This document shows positions 40,867-49,270 of a stretch of 64,000 bases of DNA, piece by piece; the first letter of the stretch is position 1, and every line of letters begins with the position of its first letter. The stretch covers positions 288,001-352,000 of the forward strand of contig OY776215.1 in the NCBI GenBank assembly GCA_963675495.1. Reading direction: 5' to 3'. Source of the stretch: an uncultured Methanolobus sp. (GTDB lineage: Archaea > Halobacteriota > Methanosarcinia > Methanosarcinales > Methanosarcinaceae). The position numbers were made by a program, and so were the translations under genes. Below the pieces are notes generated by a model. That model worked only from the letters and a program-made list of their open reading frames with translations. It was not told where the DNA came from and ran no database searches.

Positions 40867-41184
40867 TCAGACCCTCATTGCTATATTTCCAAATACATTA
40901 AAATCCATGTGATTTTCTATTGCACATGATTTGAGCAGTGAAAGACCTTTGTCCATTATTTTGGAAGCTGCAAATATATGTAAAAGCGAAACATCTCCTT
41001 TTTCGTACCTATCCCCCATCTCTTTCATTCCCTCTATGAATCCAAGCTCTATTAGATCAACAGGGTCCATGCCTGCATCAACCGCTTCCCGGACGGCAGA
41101 TTCAGCTTCCAAGCTGTCGAAATTGAGAACAGATTCCCGTGCTTTTTCTATTATCTTGTTGAATAGTGATTTTTCAGATTCCAT
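40867..41184 (-). CDS. Stand-alone B12-binding N-terminal cap domain of corrinoid proteins
   Basis: AVREAVDAGMDPVDLIELGFIEGMKEMGDRYEKG...AASKIM; stops before any DxHxxG Rossmann motif. Confidence 0.85.
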   Translation of the reverse strand: MESEKSLFNKIIEKARESVLNFDSLEAESAVREAVDAGMDPVDLIELGFIEGMKEMGDRYEKGDVSLLHIFAASKIMDKGLSLLKSCAIENHMDFNVFGNIAMRV

Positions 41185-41412
41185 ATAAACAATCCTAATT
41201 TTTATTGTGGAGTATCCCTCACCCATTTGGAACTAAATCCACTTTTGTCGTCTTGATCTTCAGAGGTAGTCTATTTTAGTTGATTTAAGACAACTAAAGT
41301 TGATTACACATAATTACTATATAAATTATTCGACTCTGAACCTATTCGGTAAAGTTTCATTCAAAATCTTCCATCAGTATGTTTATTATGTTGGAGAAGC
41401 TATGAAACCATA

Positions 41413-42918
41413 ATGTCAGACAGGGAAATCATATCTACATTCAAATACGTTTCACGCATGAAACCAGAATTCATGTTATCAGAGCTTACTGACTATCTAA
41501 ATGAGGAAACATCCGTCCAGCAGGTATACAAAACTCTTAAACCCCTGTTCTTCGACCTTGGAATCGATGTTGTTGCCAATAAAGATGATTTCAGGATCAT
41601 TCGTGCAACTCCTCAAAAGAAAATGGAACTTACTGATGAGGAAATCAGAAAGAATGACCTCTTTTTTAAGTCCACTGCAGTTTCCAGAAAAATGGAACGT
41701 CATATCGAACAGTACATCGAAAAGAAGACCAGCAAAGACTGGGATGACCCCATAGTTCTGGACAAAATAAGAAAAGCCATTCGTTACCAGAAAGCCAGCT
41801 ATTGGAAAGAAGGCAATGCCAGGAACATAAGCTATGAAAAAGGATATAGCATCCTTGGGTACCTTGCCTATCAGTTCCCAGTATATTTTGTACAGTTTCA
41901 ATACCTCCTCTATGACCTGGCAAAAGACGGTCTTCTAAAGAACCGTATGAAAATACTTGATGTCGGAACCGGACCTGGTACGATCCCACTGGCAATTATC
42001 GATCTTTACAACCGTCTTGATGACCGCAAGGCAAACATACATACGATCGAACTATTCGACGAAAACATAGAGGCATATAATTACCTCGTTCCACAGTATG
42101 CAGACATAAAATCAAATGTCACTGTTGAAGAACCTATCAGAGCAGATGTTAGCAAACTGGAAATTGAAAAACTTCCGGACAACATCGACCTCATGGTCTT
42201 TTCCAATGTCCTGAACGAGATGAAGGACTTAAGCCTTGAACAAAGGGCTGATATCGTAAAGAACATGGCAGAGAAACTCTCACCTGATGGTAATATCATA
42301 ATAATAGAACCTGCTGACAAGGTCAATTCAACTGAAATGAGAGCACTCACCATAATACTGAAGAGAATGGGAATCAAGATCTACAGCCCATGTTCATTCA
42401 TCTGGTCGGGTGAATGTACCCTTGAAACATGCTGGAGCTTCGAGCATAAAAAGGACATTGAGATTACAAGGGTCATGGGTAAACTGGCAGAATGCGATGA
42501 GCCATACCGTTACATCAATACCGACATCAAATATTCATATGCCATACTCAGGAAGGACAAACTGTCGAAGCAGGATCTCATAGTTCCTGACAAAGCAAAG
42601 TTCGCGCGCATGGCAAAAATTGACAAGCATAATACTAAACGCATAAATGTCGTAGGTTCACTGATGTCAGGCGATCTGGGTGATGAGAAGTACAAACTCT
42701 ACAGGATATGCGACGGTACTTCAAAAAAAGCAGTCTACGCAGTATTGCCATCCCATAACCTCACAGAGGATAATGAAATAATCACGAAAACCGGATATGG
42801 CAATATACTCAAATTCTACAATGTGCTTGTCAAATACAATGAAGCGACTGATGCATACAACCTTCTTATAGGAAAAGGTACCACAATTGAACCTCTATCC
42901 GGCGATATGGGACAGTAA
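41413..42918 (+). CDS. Class I SAM-dependent methyltransferase, Rsm22-like
   Basis: YLAYQFP, ILDVGTGPGT, SNVLNE, IIIEPA, Cys cluster SPC..W...C...TCWSF. Confidence 0.78.
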   Translation: MSDREIISTFKYVSRMKPEFMLSELTDYLNEETSVQQVYKTLKPLFFDLGIDVVANKDDFRIIRATPQKKMELTDEEIRKNDLFFKSTAVSRKMERHIEQYIEKKTSKDWDDPIVLDKIRKAIRYQKASYWKEGNARNISYEKGYSILGYLAYQFPVYFVQFQYLLYDLAKDGLLKNRMKILDVGTGPGTIPLAIIDLYNRLDDRKANIHTIELFDENIEAYNYLVPQYADIKSNVTVEEPIRADVSKLEIEKLPDNIDLMVFSNVLNEMKDLSLEQRADIVKNMAEKLSPDGNIIIIEPADKVNSTEMRALTIILKRMGIKIYSPCSFIWSGECTLETCWSFEHKKDIEITRVMGKLAECDEPYRYINTDIKYSYAILRKDKLSKQDLIVPDKAKFARMAKIDKHNTKRINVVGSLMSGDLGDEKYKLYRICDGTSKKAVYAVLPSHNLTEDNEIITKTGYGNILKFYNVLVKYNEATDAYNLLIGKGTTIEPLSGDMGQ

Positions 42919-42943
42919 CAAATTATTTAAAAATCTGATCTGC

Positions 42944-45409
42944 ATGCATAGCAATAAACCATTAACCTGTACACCCCCTGAGATCCTGGCACCTGCCGGT
43001 GACCCGGAAGCCCTGAGAGCCGCTATTAAAGGAGGAGCAGATGCTGTTTACCTTGGGGTTGGGCAGTTAAATGCCCGCCAGGGTGCAAATAATTTTTCCG
43101 TAGAGGAACTCAGGGACAATATCGACCTTGCACATACCTATGGAGTTAAGGTGTTCATCGCCCTTAACATTCCACTCAAGCAACATGAGATTCAAGAGGC
43201 CATAGATATTGTTCATAAGGCATACGCATACAATATAGATGCCATTATACTGGAAGACCTGGGTCTTTTCTTTCTACTAAAAGAGCATTTCCCGGACCTT
43301 CCACTACATGCAAGTACCCAGATGACTATCCACAACCCACAAGGTGTTGATTTTATCGGTGATGCGGGTGCTTCAAGAGTCATACTTTCAAGGGAATTAA
43401 CTACGGAACAGGTCAAGAGTATCATCGACAAGACATCCGTGGAAATAGAACTCTTCGTTCATGGAGCACTTTGTTATTCATTTTCAGGCCGATGCCTGTT
43501 CAGTACTGCCATAACGGACAGAAGCGCAAATAGAGGCGCATGTTTCCAGCCTTGCAGAAGACCCTATAAACTGTCAGTAAACGGGCAAATTATAGATAAT
43601 AAACTGGTAGGCGACTATCCAATAAGCTGTGCAGAACTATGTACCTTTCCGGGGCTTAAAGACATTATAAATACCGGTGTCAAAAGCCTGAAAATTGAAG
43701 GCAGGATGAAAAAACCGGAATATGTGACTGCTAGTGCCAGAACCTACAAAACCGTTGCAGAAAAAATATGCGATACAGGTGAGAATTTCAGCGCAGAAGA
43801 ACTGGAAGAAATGGAGAACGAACTTGCAAAACTGTTCTATAGGGGCTTTACACGGGGTTTTGTGCTTGATGAAAAAGATGTTACACAACGCAAATACAGT
43901 GCCAATTACGGTGCCTATCTGGGAATAGTGGATAATATAACTAAGTCCAGCCAAGAAGGTGAACTAACAATCACACCTCTTCATGATATAAAAGTAAATG
44001 ATGGCATCAGCATAAATACTCGCATAAGAATAATAGGTTGCCGTGTTCATGGCATTCTTGTTAATGGTGAGACGGTACAGATCGCCAGGAAAGGAGAAAA
44101 AGCTACCCTGCTGATAAGTGCAAAGACCAGCAAGTCCATAAGAAAGCACGATGAGGTCTATGTGTCCACCGACCCTCAATTACTTGAAAGCTTACATAAC
44201 ATTGAGCTTCAAACCACCCCCCTGGTGATCACAATTCATGCAAGAAAGGGAGAAAAACTGCATATCAACGTGAAAAGCAGAAGTATGGAAACTGAAGCCA
44301 CCAGTGATTACATAGTTCAGGAAGCAAAAAGTTCCCCTACAAGCAAGGAGCAAATTATAGCAACTCTTGGAAAACTCGGTGATACAACTTTCCATGTAGA
44401 AGATATAGTTCTGGACGTTGACGATAATATTTTTATTCCCCTTGGAGCACTTTCAGGCACAAGAAGAGAAGCAGTTGAAGAACTGTTCAATTCCAGATTC
44501 CCCAGAGAGGGTAGGAACCGCAGTTGTCCCACAGTTTCCACAGGATATAAGCGGGAGATAAGCAAAGGGGAATCAAAAGCACCTTTGTTAAGTGTTGAGG
44601 TTTCAGAGATCGATTCGATTTTTACCGCATCCAAATCCGGTGCTGATATTGTTTATGCACCTATCCACCTGTTCACTGAACTGATGAATGAAGACAATAT
44701 TCTCAGGACTAATGGCCTAAAGGAAAAGGACGTGGAGTTTGTCCTGATAACACCACAGGTGAGTTTTGAAGAGGAAATGCCTGCTCTAAAGGAACTGATG
44801 CAGCAGGTTACAGATGCAGGTTTCAAACTTGCATGTTCTAATTTCGGAACTGTCCGACTGGCAAATGAACTGGACGCAGCTTTTGTTGCCCAGAAAGAGT
44901 TCAATACCTTCAATGCGTACACAACAAATGCATTCCGAACATCCGGTGCTTACCGTGTTACACTTTCAAGTGAACTGAACCTTGAAGAAACACAGGAGGT
45001 TTGCATTAACGCAGACCCTCACATACAGATAGAGATCATGGCCCATGGACGTGAACTTCTGCTGGTGACAAAGAATGACCTGTTAGGTCCTCTCATTGAT
45101 GACGGGACGATCGAAGCTGACAGTGAAGTGCTGCTTGTGGATAACAGCAAAGGCTCATTCCCGGTGAAGCGCGTAGGTGCACGTACCCTTATCTATAATT
45201 CAACTGTCCTGAACATGGTAGAGGAAATTGACAAACTTTGTACATCAGGTGCTGATGTTTTAAGACTTGACCTTTCCCTGTATGGAAAAGCAGACGTAAA
45301 GGACATTACACGTAATTACAGAAGAGCACTTGATGGTAAACAGATAAAGTTGAAGTCCTCAAGGGATGAGGAATACGATCAGGGACATTATTTCAAAGGC
45401 GTACTATAA
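42944..45409 (+). CDS. U32 family (RlhA-like, DUF3656-containing) RNA hydroxylase
   Basis: PEILAPAG, GADAVY, HASTQM, HGALCYSFSGRC, SANRGACFQPCR, LKIEGRMK, long C-terminal region ending GHYFKGVL. Confidence 0.88.
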   Translation: MHSNKPLTCTPPEILAPAGDPEALRAAIKGGADAVYLGVGQLNARQGANNFSVEELRDNIDLAHTYGVKVFIALNIPLKQHEIQEAIDIVHKAYAYNIDAIILEDLGLFFLLKEHFPDLPLHASTQMTIHNPQGVDFIGDAGASRVILSRELTTEQVKSIIDKTSVEIELFVHGALCYSFSGRCLFSTAITDRSANRGACFQPCRRPYKLSVNGQIIDNKLVGDYPISCAELCTFPGLKDIINTGVKSLKIEGRMKKPEYVTASARTYKTVAEKICDTGENFSAEELEEMENELAKLFYRGFTRGFVLDEKDVTQRKYSANYGAYLGIVDNITKSSQEGELTITPLHDIKVNDGISINTRIRIIGCRVHGILVNGETVQIARKGEKATLLISAKTSKSIRKHDEVYVSTDPQLLESLHNIELQTTPLVITIHARKGEKLHINVKSRSMETEATSDYIVQEAKSSPTSKEQIIATLGKLGDTTFHVEDIVLDVDDNIFIPLGALSGTRREAVEELFNSRFPREGRNRSCPTVSTGYKREISKGESKAPLLSVEVSEIDSIFTASKSGADIVYAPIHLFTELMNEDNILRTNGLKEKDVEFVLITPQVSFEEEMPALKELMQQVTDAGFKLACSNFGTVRLANELDAAFVAQKEFNTFNAYTTNAFRTSGAYRVTLSSELNLEETQEVCINADPHIQIEIMAHGRELLLVTKNDLLGPLIDDGTIEADSEVLLVDNSKGSFPVKRVGARTLIYNSTVLNMVEEIDKLCTSGADVLRLDLSLYGKADVKDITRNYRRALDGKQIKLKSSRDEEYDQGHYFKGVL

Positions 45410-45451
45410 ATCGGCATATTAGCTAAACTAACAACGAGTTCAGGTAAGAAT

Positions 45452-45817
45452 ATGGCAAGAGAACTTTCCCCTAAAGATATAGTAGTGTTGAAAAAGGTCG
45501 CTCCTGAGTGTGCAGGACTTGAATGTGCAGGTTCAAAAGCACCATACAAGTCTATACTACCACCTCTTGCAAACCATTATGCAAAAAATGAAGAGGACTT
45601 TAAGACCCGTCTTTCAGCTCTGGATGACGAGGATCTGGAATACCTTTTATCGCTTATAAGAACAGGTGAAGAGAGCCTGGGATGTGTGCAAGCTCATTAC
45701 ATGAAACTTTTTCTAGAGCTGATCGAAGAAAGGATGGGCACGGAAATTGCAGAGGAGATCATGGCAATATACACGAAATGGAACGAGTGTAAAAATATTA
45801 CCGATATCAGCTTTTGA
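45452..45817 (+). CDS. Conserved hypothetical methanogen protein
   Basis: 121 aa; PEC..L.C.GS..PY.SILPPLANHY, GEESLGC. Confidence 0.75.
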   Translation: MARELSPKDIVVLKKVAPECAGLECAGSKAPYKSILPPLANHYAKNEEDFKTRLSALDDEDLEYLLSLIRTGEESLGCVQAHYMKLFLELIEERMGTEIAEEIMAIYTKWNECKNITDISF

Positions 45818-46586
45818 TGAGTTTCTCATGAAGCTCAGCCATTCCTTTTAGAGTGACATGACCTTTTCTAGTAATCATATAATCTCCCCGCTCGGTTCTC
45901 TGCAGAACCATACCAGTGTCCAGCAATTTCTGAATATGGAAAAGAAGATTTCCTCCACGCAGGCCAGTTATCTTTGAGAGTTCAGAAAAGCTTTTTGTAT
46001 CAGAGTTCACTGATTTGAGAATTGCCAGGCGTTGCTTATTAGCAAGAGGCTCACATACTTCCGTGACAATATCATCTGATATGGTACTGATGTCTATGAT
46101 GACCCCGTTGCTCAAATCTTCATTGTGGGTCCTGTTGAATGAGCGTATCAGTTCCATCTGTTTGTCAAATATAATAGACACACTCTTTATGCAGCTATCA
46201 CAATTATCAGTAACAGCGAAACTTTTAAGCTCATTGAAACGTTCCTGGAACAAAACAAGAGACTCTTCAGTAACTTTATCTTCCATAAGAAGCAAGGCTA
46301 GTTCCTGAAAGAGGTCTATGAATGCAGTTTTACAGACATCTTTGTTATCGCATTCCATACAAAAGTTGTCTTGGACTGTCTTTTTTGTATCCTCAAGCAT
46401 ATAGTGTATGACAGGTCGTGACAGATCACCTTTCATTTCCATGAACATGGCATCCATGTTACGGTTATTAGAGCGTTCAAGTACTCTGTTAACATCCTTT
46501 TTTAAGGAAATTATCTCGGACCGCAGGCTTTCAAATTCCTGCAAATACATACCGTTCTGATCATCATTCATGATTTCGCTGCTCAT
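45807..46586 (-). CDS. ArsR-like winged-helix regulator with Cys-rich N-terminal domain
   Basis: C-terminal PLANKQRLAIL...FSELSKITGLRGGNLLFHIQKL...GDYMITRKG; N-terminal CMECDNKDVC and CDSC. Confidence 0.85.
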   Translation of the reverse strand: MSSEIMNDDQNGMYLQEFESLRSEIISLKKDVNRVLERSNNRNMDAMFMEMKGDLSRPVIHYMLEDTKKTVQDNFCMECDNKDVCKTAFIDLFQELALLLMEDKVTEESLVLFQERFNELKSFAVTDNCDSCIKSVSIIFDKQMELIRSFNRTHNEDLSNGVIIDISTISDDIVTEVCEPLANKQRLAILKSVNSDTKSFSELSKITGLRGGNLLFHIQKLLDTGMVLQRTERGDYMITRKGHVTLKGMAELHEKLIKS

Positions 46587-46787
46587 AATGAATACCTTTT
46601 CTATTTACAATGGATTGTATACAATTATAACATGAAACTATATTAATCTATACTGAACTGGATTACGACTTTATATCTAGTACTTGAAAGAGGAACACAA
46701 GCAAACATGTATATAGATAAAAGTTATACGCATGTAAGAAGGCTATATAGCGATTACTTGTTAATAATTAAAAAAGGAAGAGACAAT

Positions 46788-47996
46788 TTGATTTGCTCAA
46801 TACTGGACAATGATCTTTATAAACTTACAATGCAGATGGCTATCCTTGAGCTTTTTCCACAAGCATCTGCAGAATATCGTTTCACCAACCGAGGTGAACA
46901 ACGTTTCACAAAGCAATTTGTTGAAGAACTCAGAAGGATCATTGATGAAGACATACCAAAACTCCGTTTGACAGAGGATGAATACACATGGTTGAGGGAT
47001 GAGTGTCCGTACTTCAAACCCAGTTATGTCGAGTATCTCAAAAATTATCGTTTTGATCCATCAGAAGTAAGTGTGCGATTAAATGAAGATGCTGATCTTG
47101 ATCTGGCTATAAAGGGTCCATGGCACAGCAGTATTCTGTGGGAAATAATCCTCATGGCTACGGTTTCAGAACTCTATTTCAAGATGATAGAAACAGACTG
47201 GACAGATTCAGAATACGGCAATGGTTCGGGTTATAATAATCTCTTGAATGAGTATGAAAAGCTTATGATAAGCAATGCCAAAGAGCTTGAGCATAACAGT
47301 TGTGGTTTTTCAGAGTTTGGAACACGTCGGAGGCGAAGTTTTGAGATACATGACCTTGCCGTCAGGATACTTCATAAATGTAAAACATTCACTGGCACAA
47401 GTAACGTGTACCTTGCTAAAAAATATGGTGTCAAACCAACAGGCACTATTGGCCATGAATGGATAATGGGAACTTCAGCACTTATAGGACTGCGCAATGC
47501 AAATCTGTTCGCATTGGAGAGTTGGGTCGATGTTTACAAGGGAAATCTGGGAATTGCACTTTCTGATACATTTGGCTCAGAACCATTTTTCAGAAATTTC
47601 AATCTGAAACTTTCCAAGTTGTATGATGGTGTTCGCCATGATAGTGGAGATCCCCTGAAATTTGCCGACAGGGTCATACAGCACTATGAAAAAATGGGCA
47701 TAGACCCACTGACAAAAGTTGTTGTTTTCAGTGACTCACTTTCTGCTTCAGATGCAATAGAGATAAAAAAGAAGTGTGAAAGTCGGATTAACTGCATATT
47801 CGGAATTGGGACAAGCATCACCAATAATCATGAGTTCTTCAGGTCCAGTCCGCCTCTTAATATGGTAATAAAACTTCACAGCATTAATGATATACCTGTA
47901 GTGAAGTTAAGTGATGATGAAGGAAAAGAAACCGGGAATAAAGATGCTATCAGAGTGGCGAACTACATTTTTGGGCGTAAAGGACTTGATGAATAA
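46788..47996 (+). CDS. pncB: Nicotinate phosphoribosyltransferase
   Basis: [60 protein letters not shown]; TTG start at 46788. Confidence 0.95.
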   Translation: MICSILDNDLYKLTMQMAILELFPQASAEYRFTNRGEQRFTKQFVEELRRIIDEDIPKLRLTEDEYTWLRDECPYFKPSYVEYLKNYRFDPSEVSVRLNEDADLDLAIKGPWHSSILWEIILMATVSELYFKMIETDWTDSEYGNGSGYNNLLNEYEKLMISNAKELEHNSCGFSEFGTRRRRSFEIHDLAVRILHKCKTFTGTSNVYLAKKYGVKPTGTIGHEWIMGTSALIGLRNANLFALESWVDVYKGNLGIALSDTFGSEPFFRNFNLKLSKLYDGVRHDSGDPLKFADRVIQHYEKMGIDPLTKVVVFSDSLSASDAIEIKKKCESRINCIFGIGTSITNNHEFFRSSPPLNMVIKLHSINDIPVVKLSDDEGKETGNKDAIRVANYIFGRKGLDE

Positions 47997-48706
47997 TTTA
48001 AATTTCTGCTGTGCTAAATTATTTGGGTTAAATGGGAAATAAGCCCAAGTGAGATTATCAGGACCAGATACAAAAGAAATAGAATGGAAATTCTCTTTAT
48101 TTCAATAGATGCGCTTTTCTTCATATTATTTTACCAGTGGCCTAACTGGTTATTAAATATACAAACATTCTGAATTAATAATAACATATGTGCAATATTT
48201 CCATAAGTATTCTATTTTATAATAGTCAGTACTAAAATATATTAATACATACATTGTGACATTCTAAAATAGAATAATCAGATATGAACGATATGGGGGG
48301 TTTAACCCCCCTAAAGACAATAACCCATCAACAAACATAGACCTGAGCCTCCGCCCATACTCCACTTGCGTTTTTAAGGATAAATGCGGATTTGTAGATA
48401 TTACCTTTAAATAAGGTAAAGTCTGAGGGGATAATTCGATGAAACCGAGATCTCCGCATTCACACTTTTTCGTTTTTCCGTTTTTCATATGTTTGTTGAG
48501 TAAAAAGTAGTACTTTTTTAAACTATATGAATATATCTATATTTAGATATATCATCATAATGATGATATTTGATTTTAAGAGAAAACTCAATCAATGATA
48601 GAGATTGAGAAATGAACCGATTTAATCAGATACAAAAGTACCTTTACTCGAATTTGAAGTTTCCAGATAGAGAAAAAATAGAAATGAAATAGTGAATCAT
48701 TTCATT

Positions 48707-49255
48707 TCACTTTTTATTTTTTCGCTTGATTACAAACAACGCCATGATGAGTGCGCTTATTGCAAGTATACCGGCACCACCATAACCGGCATCCTCAGTC
48801 TTATCGGTAACACTAAAGGTTCCATCCATGGTTGTTGTGATTACTTCAACCCGTTCTATATCATGCACTGAAACCTCCTTAAGTACCAGGGTACTTGATG
48901 AACCAATATCGCCAATCACTTCAAAAGAGACAACTACAATCGGGCCATTGCCACTAATTCCCGATGCATCTGCCAAAGCTATGATGACCTCGCCATCATC
49001 AACCGTATTTGACTCAATATACGCATTTATCCCAAGTTCACCTGTGTCGACACCTGTAGCTTGCAATACCCCTGCATCGTAGCTCATAATAATGTCCATA
49101 CTTCCAACGTTTGTTGCGCTTTCAAGTTCTATTGGAACCTCTACAATGGCCCCATTCTCACCCGTAATGTCACCCACAATAACAGTCGAACTACTCGCTG
49201 ATGCAAGCGATATCAGAAATACCAAACTAACCAACATTAAAGCTTTTCTCATCAT
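48707..49255 (-). CDS. Single-cohesin membrane-anchored protein (anchoring-scaffoldin-like)
   Basis: Signal peptide; cohesin GAIVEVPIEL..ATNVGSMDIIMSYDAGVL...GV..GEL...G.V.IALAD..GISGNG.I..V.F.VIG..G....L.L...DG.F.V; C-terminal TM plus KRKNKK. Confidence 0.88.
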   Translation of the reverse strand: MMRKALMLVSLVFLISLASASSSTVIVGDITGENGAIVEVPIELESATNVGSMDIIMSYDAGVLQATGVDTGELGINAYIESNTVDDGEVIIALADASGISGNGPIVVVSFEVIGDIGSSSTLVLKEVSVHDIERVEVITTTMDGTFSVTDKTEDAGYGGAGILAISALIMALFVIKRKNKK

Positions 49256-49270
49256 TTCACCTCCTTGTTT

